From Dehalococcoidia bacterium (lineage in GTDB: Bacteria > Chloroflexota > Dehalococcoidia > Plut-88900): DNA of 64,000 nucleotides. The notes under the pieces were generated by a model that saw only the letters and a list, made by a program, of their open reading frames with translations, made no database searches and was not told the DNA's origin. Below are positions 19,528-29,950 of the stretch, piece after piece; the first letter of the stretch is position 1; each line of letters begins with the position of its first letter. The DNA lies in NCBI GenBank assembly GCA_965197585.1, contig OZ240215.1, forward strand, positions 1,664,001 to 1,728,000, in the 5' to 3' direction. A program made the translations under genes and the position numbers.

Positions 19528-21897
19528 TCAACCTATCAACGCCAGCACTTCACCCTTGCTGACCACCTGGCCCGGACTGCATGGGAGAGATAACGCCTTG
19601 CCGTCCATCGGAGCAGGAAGAGAGTTCTCCATCTTCATCGTCTCGATCAGAATAATTCCCTCCCCTGCCTTTACCTCCGCCCCCTCTTCTACCAGGTACC
19701 TGATTACAGTCCCTGGCATCGGCGCCACTATAGCCGTCCCCTCCCCCGAGTCCCCCGCCGCGGGTGCCTGGGTCGGGGGTGGAGTAGCAGCGGGTCTCGC
19801 TGGCGGCGGACTTGGCGCAGCGCTAGATCTGGAAGGCGGAGGGGGCAGTGGAGCACGCGTCGGAACTGGTGCTGGCGGAGGAGGCGCCGAGGCCGCTGGC
19901 GGCGGCGTTGCAGCCGCAGTCTGCCCGGACCCTTCAATTACCACCAATACCTCCCCCTTCCCCACGGCTTGCCCTGGCTGACAGGGAAGAGACATTATTT
20001 TGCCATTGACAGGCGACGGCAGCGAGTTCTCCATTTTCATGGTCTCTATCAAGACCACTGCCTCCCCTGTCTTTACCTCCGCTCCTTCGTCCACCAGGTA
20101 TCTGATCACGGTTCCTGGCATCGGCGACACTATGTTGGCCGACCCGTCCGCTGCTACCAAAACGCCTGCAGTAGGCGTGGGAGCGGGGGGCGGAGCCGCA
20201 ACGGGCCTTGGCAGTGGAGCGGAACGAGCCGGGCTTGAGGTTGGTGGGGGGGGAGCTTGGGGCCGCAATCTGCTCGGGGGAGCCGGCACGGCTGCTACGC
20301 CCACCGATCCCTCTGAATGCGGCTCAACGTCGACTCGGAATTCCTCGTCGTCCACCCATACGGTGAATGATCGCCGGCCCCTCGCCCGGGGTCCGGCTTC
20401 ACTGCCTTGCGATACCAACTTACCCTCCTTGGCTTCCCTTATTAGCCTATCTTCATCTTTTACTTCTTCCAGCGTCCTCGCCATAACCGATACAGGAATC
20501 TCGTCGATCCCGTACTTCCATTTCAGGAACTGTTTCCCCGTGGAAGGGAACAGTGCATAGGTTAGTACATCCTCTTGGCTCTTGGCTATCTCCCCCACGT
20601 CCTTTTTTGCCTTTTCCATCTCGCCGTCCAGGTCGTCCGCCGGACGGCCCGTCACGGGAGTCTGGCCCTTGGGATAGTCCTTAAGTATGAGGGCTGTCAG
20701 GTCGGGGTCTATCGGCGCAGGCGGCCTGCCGTAAAGACCATAAACGTAGTCCTTGACCTGGGTGGAGATCGACTTGTACCGACCCAGCAGCACGTTCTGC
20801 ACCGCCTGGCTCCCGATTATCTGGCTGGTCGGAGTTACCAAGGGCGGACAACCGAGGTCCGCCCTAGTCCTGGCCAACTCTTCCTGCACTTCTCCCAGCC
20901 TGTCCAGCGCGTTCAACTGCTTAAGCTGAGACTCCAGATTGCTGAGCATTCCTCCCGGCACCTGGTGGCGGATCACCGAAGAGTCCACTACTGACAACTT
21001 GTCGACACGCAAGTACTCCCGATACTTCGGAAACACAGACTCCAGGTGCGCACACACATCCTGCGCCTCCGTCATATCCAGTTCGGGAGATCGCTCGGTC
21101 CCGTGAAGCGCCGCCAGCATCGACTCCGTCGACGGGTGAGACGATCTCATCGCTAACGGCGAAAGTGAAGTGTCCAGCACGTCCACTCCCGCCTCAATCG
21201 CTTTAAGAGCAGCCATGGAGGCCATACCGCTCGTGTGATGGCTATGTAGTTGGATCGGCACGTCCAGATTGGCCTTGAGTGCCTTGACCAGATCGTATGC
21301 GTCATAGGGCCCGAGCAGACCGCTCATATCCTTGATGCAAACGCTGTCTGCACCCATCTCCTGCAGCTTCTTGCCCATCTCCACGTAGTAGTCCAGCGTA
21401 TACACCGGCCCCCCGAGCCGCGCCTCGGTAATTGTGTAGCTCATCGCCCCCTGCAAGTGCTTCCCCGCCTCCTTTATCGCTGCAAAGGAGGTTTCCATGT
21501 TTCGCTCGTCATTCAGGGCGTCGAACACGCGGAATATATCGATCCCCGCCTCCGCCGCAGCGAGAATAAACGCCCTTACCACGTCATCGGGATAGTTCCG
21601 ATACCCGACAAGATTCTGCCCCCGAAGAAGCATCTGCAGTGGCGTCTTCGGCGCTAGCCGCTTGAAAGTCTTAAGCCGTTCCCACGGGTCCTCGTTCAAA
21701 AACCGGTGTGCAACATCGAAAGTCGCCCCACCCCACACCTCCAGCGAGTGGAAGCCCATGTCGTCCAGCTTCCCAATGATCGGCGCCATGTCCTCCGTCC
21801 GCAGCCTTGTCGCAAGGATCGACTGGTGACCGTCGCGTAGGGTGACATCCGTTACGCGCAGGGGGACATTGCCATTTACTGTCGCTTCTTCAGACAT
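19528..21897 (-). CDS. Pyruvate/oxaloacetate carboxyltransferase (OadA/PycB/5S-like) fused to two biotinyl domains
   Basis: TLRDGHQS, WGGATFD, MLLRGQNLVGY, KDMSG, HQVPGGMLSNL, PLVTPTSQI; two ETMKMEN domains after Pro/Ala linkers; start set at ATG 21897. Confidence 0.9.
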   Translation of the reverse strand: MSEEATVNGNVPLRVTDVTLRDGHQSILATRLRTEDMAPIIGKLDDMGFHSLEVWGGATFDVAHRFLNEDPWERLKTFKRLAPKTPLQMLLRGQNLVGYRNYPDDVVRAFILAAAEAGIDIFRVFDALNDERNMETSFAAIKEAGKHLQGAMSYTITEARLGGPVYTLDYYVEMGKKLQEMGADSVCIKDMSGLLGPYDAYDLVKALKANLDVPIQLHSHHTSGMASMAALKAIEAGVDVLDTSLSPLAMRSSHPSTESMLAALHGTERSPELDMTEAQDVCAHLESVFPKYREYLRVDKLSVVDSSVIRHQVPGGMLSNLESQLKQLNALDRLGEVQEELARTRADLGCPPLVTPTSQIIGSQAVQNVLLGRYKSISTQVKDYVYGLYGRPPAPIDPDLTALILKDYPKGQTPVTGRPADDLDGEMEKAKKDVGEIAKSQEDVLTYALFPSTGKQFLKWKYGIDEIPVSVMARTLEEVKDEDRLIREAKEGKLVSQGSEAGPRARGRRSFTVWVDDEEFRVDVEPHSEGSVGVAAVPAPPSRLRPQAPPPPTSSPARSAPLPRPVAAPPPAPTPTAGVLVAADGSANIVSPMPGTVIRYLVDEGAEVKTGEAVVLIETMKMENSLPSPVNGKIMSLPCQPGQAVGKGEVLVVIEGSGQTAAATPPPAASAPPPPAPVPTRAPLPPPPSRSSAAPSPPPARPAATPPPTQAPAAGDSGEGTAIVAPMPGTVIRYLVEEGAEVKAGEGIILIETMKMENSLPAPMDGKALSLPCSPGQVVSKGEVLALIG

Positions 21898-21917
21898 TGA
21901 CTGGTCAGATGCAGAGG

Positions 21918-23468
21918 TCACAAGGGTATGTTCCCGTGTTTCCTGGCGGGTGGCTCCTCTTCCTTGTGTCTGAGCATTTCCAGGGCGGCTATCAGCTTGG
22001 GCCTGGTCTCGGCGGGGTCGATTATCTCGTCCACAAACCCCCGAGACGAAGCCTGGTACGGGTTGCTGAAGTTCTCCTCGTAGTCCCGTACAAGCCGCGC
22101 CCGAGTCTCCTCCGGCGTGTCCGATTCCCGGATCTCGTTTCGGGAGATGATGTTCACTGCCCCACTTGCACCCATCACCGCTATCTCCGCCGAGGGCCAA
22201 GCGTAGTTTATATCCCCGCCCACGTGCTTGCTGCTCATCACTATGTAGGCCCCGCCGTATGCCTTCCGGGTGATCACCGTCACCTTGGGCACCGTTGCCT
22301 CTGAATAGGCGAAGATCAGCTTTGCCCCGTGTTTTATTATCCCGCCGTACTCCTGCTCCGTCCCCGGCATGAATCCCGGCACGTCCACGAAGGTGACCAG
22401 CGGTATCGAAAATGCGTCGCAGAACCGCACGAACCGGGCCCCCTTCAACGATGCCGCTATATCTATCACCCCTGAGAGATGGGAAGGCTGCTGCGCCACA
22501 ATCCCAACCACCCGACCATTCATCCGCCCAAACCCGACCACCATGTTCGGAGCATACAGTGCTGCCACTTCCAGAAAGTCTCCGTGATCTACGACACGCT
22601 CAATGATCCCCTTAACGTCATATGGCTTTGCGGAGTCCTGCGGTGCGGCTTCTCTGAGCCACTCGTCGATCTGGCCCGGGTCCCCGAAGTATGTTGCCTC
22701 CGGAGGCTCATCCTCGAAACTGGATGGCAGAAAACCGAGGAGTCGTCTTACCCCGTCCAGGCACTCCTTTTCGGTTCCAAACATGAACTGTGCCACACCG
22801 CTCTTCGAGGCATTCGTATAGGCCCCTCCCAGCTCCTCATGCGTCACCACCTCTCCCGTCACCGCCTTCACGACGTCCGGGCCCGTGATATACATCTGCC
22901 CGACACCCTGCACCATAAAGGTGAAGTCCGTGATCGCCGGCGAATATACTGCACCTCCTGCAGCGGGTCCGACGATGACGGATATTTGAGGTATCACCCC
23001 CGAGGCCTGCGTATTCCTGTAAAGAATGTCCCCCACAGCCTTGAGGCTGATCACACCTTCCTGGATACGCGCTCCTCCCGAGTCGTTGATGGCTATGAGA
23101 GGCGCCCGAGTCTTGACTGCCAGGTCCATCGCCTTGCAGGTCTTCTCACCTACCGCCTCCGACACAGACCCTCCAAATACGGTGAAGTCCTGGGAGCATA
23201 CGAAGACGGTACGGCCGTCAACTTTGCCATAGCCTGTAACTATGGCGTCTCCCATGAAGACTCGGTTCTGCAGCCCAAAGTCCGTCGCCCGGTGCGTAAC
23301 AAAAGGGTCGAGTTCATTGAAGGTGCCGGGGTCAAGCAGGAGGTCTATCCGCTCGCGGGCCGTCAGCTTACCCTTGGTATGCTGGCGTTCAATAGACTTA
23401 GGCCCGCCGCCAAGCCTGCTCTGGTCTCTAAGCTTGACCAGTTTTTCCAGCTTGTCGTTGGATGTCAT
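21918..23468 (-). CDS. Acyl-CoA carboxyltransferase (PccB/MmdA/12S-like)
   Basis: GKLTARERI..LLD, DSGGARIQEG, GGAVYSPA.TDF, DVPGFMPG, RKAYGGAY, KHGNIPL; start ATG 23468. Confidence 0.93.
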   Translation of the reverse strand: MTSNDKLEKLVKLRDQSRLGGGPKSIERQHTKGKLTARERIDLLLDPGTFNELDPFVTHRATDFGLQNRVFMGDAIVTGYGKVDGRTVFVCSQDFTVFGGSVSEAVGEKTCKAMDLAVKTRAPLIAINDSGGARIQEGVISLKAVGDILYRNTQASGVIPQISVIVGPAAGGAVYSPAITDFTFMVQGVGQMYITGPDVVKAVTGEVVTHEELGGAYTNASKSGVAQFMFGTEKECLDGVRRLLGFLPSSFEDEPPEATYFGDPGQIDEWLREAAPQDSAKPYDVKGIIERVVDHGDFLEVAALYAPNMVVGFGRMNGRVVGIVAQQPSHLSGVIDIAASLKGARFVRFCDAFSIPLVTFVDVPGFMPGTEQEYGGIIKHGAKLIFAYSEATVPKVTVITRKAYGGAYIVMSSKHVGGDINYAWPSAEIAVMGASGAVNIISRNEIRESDTPEETRARLVRDYEENFSNPYQASSRGFVDEIIDPAETRPKLIAALEMLRHKEEEPPARKHGNIPL

Positions 23469-23657
23469 TCCAGTAGGGGCAGTCACCGGGGAAGACTCAA
23501 AAGCGGCATCGCAATTGGGGTTTGCCGAACGCTCTCGGTCATCCATCCGGCTGCCGAATGCTACCAGAATATCCCTACCCACACAACCTGAATGCCTCCA
23601 TCTACATCAGGTGCTAAAATTAGATAAGGCCACGAACACTGCATTCAATTCCCGCAT

Positions 23658-24500
23658 ATGAAAACCGAGACACAACCCCACCCCACCCCCTTCCCCTGGG
23701 GTCAACGTACCTTCGTCATGGGGATAATTAACGTTACCCCTGACTCATTCTCGGGCGACGGGCTCGGCGCTAACGTCGACGCCGCCGTCGAACAGGGCCT
23801 CAGTTTCGAGGCCCTGTTCGCCGACATCCTGGACGTCGGTGGTCAATCTACCCGGCCCAACCACACCCCCGTCTCCGAGCAGGAAGAGCTCACCCGCGTC
23901 ATTCCCGTCGTCAAGTCTCTTGCCTCCCGCACAAGCCTTCCGATCAGCATCGACACCTATTATGCCCGTGTCGCCGCCGAGGCCCTCTCCGCCGGCGCAT
24001 CCATAATCAATGACCAATGGGCCCTCCACCGTGACCCCGAGATGGCTCCTCTTGCAGCCGAGGCCGGAGTCCTCGTGGTCCTTATGCACAACCAGGGCGG
24101 AACTGAGTACCAAGACCTAATCCCCGACATCAGGATCAGCCTTGCCGCTAGCGTCGACAACGCCTTGCAAGCCGGTGTACGCCCTGAGAACATCATAATC
24201 GACCCCGGTCTTGGGTTCGGCAAAACTCTCGAACATAATCTTGAGGTAGTGAGAAGGCTTTCGGAGTTAAAGGGCCTTGCTCCGGCCATCCTGGTCGGCC
24301 CTTCCCGGAAATCAATGATCGGGCGCACTTTGAACCTGCCCTTGGATCAGAGGGTCGAGGGCACGGCAGCTGTCGTGGCCCTCTGCATCGCAAACGGCGC
24401 AGACGTCGCAAGAGTACACGACGTCCGGGAGATGGTCAGAGTCTGCTGCATGGCCGACGCTATAGTCAGGGTGCCCGTAAACGGCCATGAGGCCAAATAG
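23658..24500 (+). CDS. folP: Dihydropteroate synthase
   Basis: MGIINVTPDSFSGDG, DVGGQSTRP, SIDT, DPGLGFGK, GPSRKS, RVHDV. Confidence 0.96.
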   Translation: MKTETQPHPTPFPWGQRTFVMGIINVTPDSFSGDGLGANVDAAVEQGLSFEALFADILDVGGQSTRPNHTPVSEQEELTRVIPVVKSLASRTSLPISIDTYYARVAAEALSAGASIINDQWALHRDPEMAPLAAEAGVLVVLMHNQGGTEYQDLIPDIRISLAASVDNALQAGVRPENIIIDPGLGFGKTLEHNLEVVRRLSELKGLAPAILVGPSRKSMIGRTLNLPLDQRVEGTAAVVALCIANGADVARVHDVREMVRVCCMADAIVRVPVNGHEAK

Positions 24501-24502
24501 AT

Positions 24503-25093
24503 ATGTCGATTACGAGCATCGGGCACAAGTGGAAAGTTTATCTGGGTCTCGGGTCCAACATCGGGAGCAAAGAGGCTAATGTCTCCCGGGCCCTCAAGCT
24601 CCTCCCCAACCAGGTCACGGTCACCGAGGTCTCATCTATCTACGAAAGCGAGCCCGTCGGATTCAAGGAGCAGTCTTGGTTCGTCAACGTCGTCTGCTCT
24701 GCCTATACCGACCTTTCCGCACCGCAGCTCCTCGACTACGTAAAGAATATCGAGGGCCAGATGGGCCGAATAATGAGCTTCAAGGATGGCCCTCGCGTTA
24801 TTGATATCGACATCCTCTTCTACGGGGACCAGGTCATCGACACCCCTGACCTCACCATTCCCCACCCCCGCATCGCCGAACGCGCCTTCGTTCTCCTCCC
24901 CCTCTCCGAGCTGAACCCGCTCCTCTTCCATCCCTCCAAATCCCGGACCGTCGCCCAACTCTTGTCCGCACTCACCAAGCCAGAGCGCGTAAAGAAGCGC
25001 AGGTGGAGCACTCTCTACGGCAAAGACCTGACCTCCACGCCCAAGGGAACGTTGATAGAAAACGAAGAGGGTAACCCCAAGACCCCCTCCTAG
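24503..25093 (+). CDS. folK: 2-amino-4-hydroxy-6-hydroxymethyldihydropteridine pyrophosphokinase
   Basis: YLGLGSNIG, GPRVIDIDIL, IPHPRIAERAFVLLPL. Confidence 0.95.
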   Translation: MSITSIGHKWKVYLGLGSNIGSKEANVSRALKLLPNQVTVTEVSSIYESEPVGFKEQSWFVNVVCSAYTDLSAPQLLDYVKNIEGQMGRIMSFKDGPRVIDIDILFYGDQVIDTPDLTIPHPRIAERAFVLLPLSELNPLLFHPSKSRTVAQLLSALTKPERVKKRRWSTLYGKDLTSTPKGTLIENEEGNPKTPS

Positions 25094-25097
25094 CCGT

Positions 25098-25280
25098 CTA
25101 TTGCCGCATCTCCCGAGGCAGAAAATCCGGGATTGAGTCTATGATCGGGTACGTGTGCGGGCAACGCGGACACAGCAGAGACCCCGATACCACCTCGTCC
25201 CCTTCCTCCTGCTCCGCTGTCAGTTTCAATTCACCCTTACATTCTGGGCATGCAAGAATGTCCATTAAGTCCTTTTTCAT
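25098..25280 (-). CDS. Trm112/YcaR-like small protein
   Basis: MKKDLMDILACPECKGEL...CPRC..YPIIDSIP. Confidence 0.85.
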   Translation of the reverse strand: MKKDLMDILACPECKGELKLTAEQEEGDEVVSGSLLCPRCPHTYPIIDSIPDFLPREMRQ

Positions 25281-25476
25281 ATTCGGAAACTCCAAGAGCC
25301 TTGGCGATGCGCAACGCCGGGGCCTTCGCCCCTTGGCTCCTGCCTAACCATTCACCCTCTGATGCGTTATATTATAACCGTGACTCTGAACACTTCTCAG
25401 ACCGTGTCTCAACCCTTTGAGCTATCCTTTCAAAGGAGATCGGCCCCGTAGCAGCCCAGTTTTTCGGAGAGGCCAC

Positions 25477-26421
25477 ATGAAGGCAACGCGCCTAACCAAA
25501 CAGCTCAACATACAGTCTCCAATCATCCAGGCCGGTATGCCTTGGGTTTCCAACGCCGAGCTTGCCGCCACCGTATGCAACTCTGGCGCCCTCGGCATGA
25601 TCACCCCCAACGCCGGCCTCCAGGAAGACGGCGACGAGATCGAAAACTATCAAACCCAGCTTCGCAAGATCAAGGCCCTGACCTCTCGCCCCTACGGCGT
25701 ATGCCTGTTCATGGACCATCCCATGCTGGACATCCTGGTCAGCATAACCACCGAGCAGGCTGTTCCCATAGTCGTAACCGCAGGAAACGGCGCCTCCGAC
25801 CACACTGGCCACCTGAAGGACGCAGGCATTACCGTCTTTCATGTAGTGGGGTCCGTTCACCAGGCCCGTAGCGCTGAAGCCCGTGGCGCCGATGGCGTCA
25901 TTGCCACCGGCCTTGAAGCCGCAGGGCCAGGTAGCACCGACCGACTATCCCTGTTTACTCTCGTACCCCAAGTGGTCGACGCAATTGAAATACCAGTCAT
26001 CGCCGCAGGCGGCATCTCAGACGGGCGTGGCCTTGCAGCTGCCATCGGCCTCGGTGCCAGCTCTGCTTACATCGGTACCCGATTCGTCGCCACCCACGAG
26101 TGTGTCGCTCACCCCAACTTCAAGGACGCGATCATCAACGCTGTCGACACCAGCACCGCCATCGCCGACGTCAACTCCTGCCCCACCCGGCTTCTCAGGA
26201 ATCGTGCCTTCGAACATCTCCGCAACTCAAGCAACGGCACAGACCCCGCCTCTTCGTTCTCAGATGCGCAGACCCGCGCCTCCCTCTTGGACGGAGCCAC
26301 CGACGAAGGCCTTGTTCACTGTGGCGCTGGCGCGGGCGTGGTCAACGAGGTTTTGAGCGCCGCCGAGGTAGTCAAAAACCTGGTCAGCGGTGCTGACACC
26401 GCTATGTCCCGCATACGCTAG
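25477..26421 (+). CDS. Nitronate monooxygenase / FabK-like flavoprotein
   Basis: PIIQAGM, GLEAAG, PVIAAGGISDGRG, IGTRFVATHEC. Confidence 0.85.
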   Translation: MKATRLTKQLNIQSPIIQAGMPWVSNAELAATVCNSGALGMITPNAGLQEDGDEIENYQTQLRKIKALTSRPYGVCLFMDHPMLDILVSITTEQAVPIVVTAGNGASDHTGHLKDAGITVFHVVGSVHQARSAEARGADGVIATGLEAAGPGSTDRLSLFTLVPQVVDAIEIPVIAAGGISDGRGLAAAIGLGASSAYIGTRFVATHECVAHPNFKDAIINAVDTSTAIADVNSCPTRLLRNRAFEHLRNSSNGTDPASSFSDAQTRASLLDGATDEGLVHCGAGAGVVNEVLSAAEVVKNLVSGADTAMSRIR

Positions 26422-27332
26422 TCCGACGACTCCCGCCCTCCCTGGAATCTGAGTTCCACTCCTGCCCGCTCTTCGTGTAGCTTGATAACTGCACGGGAGT
26501 CGTCTTCACCCCACCCCCGACCCACGGCTTCCCGTATATCCTTCAATGCCAGCTCGATCGCAGGCATGGGAACGTCGTATTCCTCCCCCAGTTCAGCAGC
26601 GAGCGTCACGTCCTTCATCGCCAGCTTAAGGGCAAAATCAGGCGAGAAGTCACCCTTCAAAACCTTTCCGGGGATGCTGACATGTAATGCAACCCCCCGC
26701 CCCACCGCCCCGTCCCTTACTGCTTTCCAAACGACTTCAGGCTCCACACCCGCTTTGACCGCCACTGTAAAGCATTCGCCCACCGCCTCCATGAATGCGT
26801 AGTTTATGGCGTTATGGGCCAGCTTGCAGATCGTCCCGCACCCTATGCTGCCGCAATACTGTGCTTTGTCCCCTATGGCATCCAGCACAGGTTTGCACCG
26901 GTTGTACGTTTCCTCATCGCCGCTGACCATCACGGCCAACCTGCCGGCCACCGCGCCCGGTACCCCGCCGCTCACCGGCGCGTCCAGCATCACACACCCC
27001 TTCTCCCGAAACATCGGCTCGATCCTGCGCACCAGGGACGGTCTGTTGGTGGTCAGGTCCACGTACACCGAGCCCAGCCTCAACCCCTCCAACACCCCAC
27101 CCTCTCCAATGGCAACAGCCTCCATCTCCACCGGCCCGGGCAGGGATGTAAACACAATGTCGCTCACCGCCGCCACCTCCGCCGCAGAACCCGCCCCCGA
27201 GGCCCCATTCCCCATGAACGGCGCCATCAACTCTCGCCGAAGGTCCAAAACCGTCATCTCAAATCCGGCCTTCGCCACGTTCCGGGCCATTGGCCCACCC
27301 ATGTTGCCCAGCCCTATAAACCCAACTTTCAT
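26418..27332 (-). CDS. Beta-hydroxyacid dehydrogenase (3-hydroxyisobutyrate dehydrogenase family)
   Basis: MKVGFIGLGNMGGPMA, LDAPVSGG, CKLAHN, F.LKLA.KD. Confidence 0.9.
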   Translation of the reverse strand: MKVGFIGLGNMGGPMARNVAKAGFEMTVLDLRRELMAPFMGNGASGAGSAAEVAAVSDIVFTSLPGPVEMEAVAIGEGGVLEGLRLGSVYVDLTTNRPSLVRRIEPMFREKGCVMLDAPVSGGVPGAVAGRLAVMVSGDEETYNRCKPVLDAIGDKAQYCGSIGCGTICKLAHNAINYAFMEAVGECFTVAVKAGVEPEVVWKAVRDGAVGRGVALHVSIPGKVLKGDFSPDFALKLAMKDVTLAAELGEEYDVPMPAIELALKDIREAVGRGWGEDDSRAVIKLHEERAGVELRFQGGRESSD

Positions 27333-27395
27333 TCTGTTTATTCCCCTTTCATAGCTCCGCTCATCCTTCGACAAGCTCAAGATGAGCGGGCCTCC

Positions 27396-29042
27396 TTACT
27401 CTATCGCTCCCCAAAGGTCATCCGCACTCAAGGGCGGCCCGGCATCCGAGACTCCCGCCCGTGCAGCCATCGGCTCCTGCATCGACTTGTAAAATTCCGG
27501 TGTCCCGTATTCCCGTGTCTGGATTACCACCGGCATCGGCACGGAGTGGCCGAAAATCAAAGCCTGTCGGTTCGAGTCCAGACCCGCCAGCACAGTCTTC
27601 AACTGACGTCCCCCGGACACCCCCGAAAGAACCCTGTCCACGTCCCTCTCGTTGTCCAGCAGGCAGCATATCTTAGTCCCGATCTGGCTCATCACTTCCT
27701 CGTCTATCCCGCTTGGCCGTTGGTCTATGACCAGGAGTGTCACATTGACCTTCCTCATCTCCCTGGCAATCACCCCGAAAGTCGTCTGCCCCGAAAGTCC
27801 CGGTCCTAGAAACTTGTGCGCCTCCTCAATTGTGATCATCAGCCGCTCTGGATCGGCGCCCCCGTCTCCTAGCGCCATTTCCGCCCTACGTACGTACTGG
27901 TCATGGATCCGACGAGTCAGAAGATTGGCTACGAGAATATACGCCGCCAAGTTAGTCTCATACCGCCCAAACTCCAGCACGACGCTCATGCCCCGCGCCA
28001 GATGGTCCAGGATCTGCTTCACCGCGTCCCCACTCCCCTGTGGCGTCAAAAAGTCCATCCTCCTGAGTATTTCGAGCCGTCTCAGAAGCGCCGCCAACGC
28101 CGCCGGATTAACGTTTATCTCATCCGCCAGCTCCGCCAATCCCTCACCCATGTTCAGGAACTTCTCCAGCCACTTCCCCTTCCCGTACTTCCGCTCCAAC
28201 ATGTACGCCGCTTCCGCAGCAACTTGGCTTAGATTCAGCGTCTCTCTCAGTAAGCTAATGTCCTCCGGCTCGATCTCTTCGTACCCGATCTTCACGTCGT
28301 AGTCGGTGCTCACTTTCCTTCGCCGGGAGCTGTCCGGGTCCAGGGTGAAGACCGCCACCTTGGACGGAAATAGCTGTTTAAGTCCCTTGACCTTGTACCG
28401 CTCCTCGCTCCGACCCTCCCACCCGTATTCGCTGTGCATGTCGAACACCAGGTTGACCGCTGTCCCCTTCTGGATCGACCCCGCCAAGAGCAGCCTCGTC
28501 AGGAAAGTCTTGCCCGTGCCGCTCTTCCCGAACACCCCGTTGCTCCGTTTCGCATATTCCCCAAGGTCCAGGCACACCTTGGTCTCCATGTCCAGTGGAT
28601 TGCCAACGTAGAAATGCCGCTCGTCCTCGCTCCCGAACACTCGAGCCATGTCCTCCTCCGAGGCCTCCGTGACCCGAGAAAAGTGGGGTGGTATCGTCCT
28701 TACCGGCTGCGGCCCCTCCACCCCCGACTTGTCCCCCACCCCGATCGTCAGCATCGGCGTCACTTTCAGTCCCCCGTACAACGCCGTCCCGGCAAGGACC
28801 TCCGCGACAAAGGGGTCTAGCGGATCCGGAGGGAACGCCGAGAGCCGGGCGTCCGAGCTTTCCAGGGAAACGTCGGTCACCATCCCAAAGAACCGCTTCG
28901 ACCCACCCTGTATAACCGTATATCTCCCGACCGCCATGTCCTCAATCGGGGCACTACCGTCCAGCTTGACCGTCAGGCCTTCGCTGAACGACCCACCCAC
29001 CACCCGCCCCAAGGGCGCCCCGACACCCGCCTCACCCGTCAA
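27396..29042 (-). CDS. herA: HerA-family ATPase/helicase
   Basis: N-terminal HAS barrel, GVFGKSGTGKT, FDMHSEYG, IEEAH, IAREMRK, DQRPS; TTG start overlaps upstream TGA. Confidence 0.88.
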   Translation of the reverse strand: MTGEAGVGAPLGRVVGGSFSEGLTVKLDGSAPIEDMAVGRYTVIQGGSKRFFGMVTDVSLESSDARLSAFPPDPLDPFVAEVLAGTALYGGLKVTPMLTIGVGDKSGVEGPQPVRTIPPHFSRVTEASEEDMARVFGSEDERHFYVGNPLDMETKVCLDLGEYAKRSNGVFGKSGTGKTFLTRLLLAGSIQKGTAVNLVFDMHSEYGWEGRSEERYKVKGLKQLFPSKVAVFTLDPDSSRRRKVSTDYDVKIGYEEIEPEDISLLRETLNLSQVAAEAAYMLERKYGKGKWLEKFLNMGEGLAELADEINVNPAALAALLRRLEILRRMDFLTPQGSGDAVKQILDHLARGMSVVLEFGRYETNLAAYILVANLLTRRIHDQYVRRAEMALGDGGADPERLMITIEEAHKFLGPGLSGQTTFGVIAREMRKVNVTLLVIDQRPSGIDEEVMSQIGTKICCLLDNERDVDRVLSGVSGGRQLKTVLAGLDSNRQALIFGHSVPMPVVIQTREYGTPEFYKSMQEPMAARAGVSDAGPPLSADDLWGAIE

Positions 29043-29668
29043 GGCCGTATCCCCGCCAACAGTGTGTAAAGTCTCTGCGGTTCCGCTGCCAGGAGCACGG
29101 CCAGTGCCTTTCCCGCCCTGATTAGAAACCCTCGCTTGTCCTCCGACGCCACACTCATCCGCCGAAGGCAAGCGCTGATCAGTTGGTCGCCTGCCGGTCC
29201 ACGCGCCCCGGCCAGAATGCTCAGGAATTCCATCGACTCCCCGAAAGCCGCTGCGTACTCCGTTGGACAGTCATAGACGAATGAATGCACCCGAGGTGGA
29301 CGGTAAGGCAGCCTCTGCATCATCGATTCACCCGCTTCTCCCCCATCCCGGTACCCGACAATCTGCGCCGTGAACAGCGTCATCAGCAGTTTCTCTATCT
29401 GTGGGTTGTTCGCGTACAGAGCCTCAACCGAAGGTTCATCTTCGCCCCGGGCCAAGGGCTTTCGTCCCGGCTGAATCGACGACGTCCCCGCCTCCGAAAC
29501 CACCCCCACCACCTCCACATCCCCATCGGGCACTAGCACCAGGCTGCCCAGTGCCGGGGGCTCATGCAGACGATAACACTGTGCCTGAAACGCCGTGGAG
29601 TCGCTTTCGATCACCTCTCCCACCCTGTCCGCCAACCGCTTCTCCTTGCTCTCCAAAGTCGAATTCAT
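29039..29668 (-). CDS. HAS-barrel domain protein
   Basis: GEVIES..T.F.AQCY.L..PP.LGSLV, P..PPRVHSFV; lies between nurA and herA. Confidence 0.75.
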   Translation of the reverse strand: MNSTLESKEKRLADRVGEVIESDSTAFQAQCYRLHEPPALGSLVLVPDGDVEVVGVVSEAGTSSIQPGRKPLARGEDEPSVEALYANNPQIEKLLMTLFTAQIVGYRDGGEAGESMMQRLPYRPPRVHSFVYDCPTEYAAAFGESMEFLSILAGARGPAGDQLISACLRRMSVASEDKRGFLIRAGKALAVLLAAEPQRLYTLLAGIRP

Positions 29669-29790
29669 ACGCCGGATTGTAGCACGTACCCAGAAGGTTT
29701 TCGGGGGCACAATGCTTCATCCCCATCCCGGAATCTGATAACCGGCGCAGCTCTCTCTATGGGCAGCATTTCTGTCCTCTCTCCCTCGAT

Positions 29791-29922
29791 GGGGGCCTCG
29801 TACAAACTGTGACGGAGGGGCCGGGGCCGCTCGTGCTGAGCCCCGTCGAAGTATGAGCGGGGGGAGGGGAAGAACGAGTCACCCATTAGAAGAGGCGTGA
29901 CCGGTAGTTGTACGAAAATCCC
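29791..29922 (+). mobile_element. MITE (degenerate TIRs) in the loop of a CCCTCTCCC palindrome
   Basis: Left gggggcctcgtacaaact, right agttgtacgaaaatccc; flanks tcgat/acgat; internal CTGAG/TCGAAG hairpin. Confidence 0.65.
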
Positions 29923-29950
29923 ACGATTGGAGAGGACTGGGATGCCCTGA

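Noticed and set aside
19740-20300. GC-rich low-complexity tracts as DNA repeats
   Set aside because: They encode the Pro/Ala linkers between the biotinyl domains.
21898-22200. Extra 101 aa on the carboxyltransferase-biotinyl ORF
   Set aside because: It overlaps the end of the upstream carboxyltransferase gene in another frame; ATG 21897 fits the domain start.
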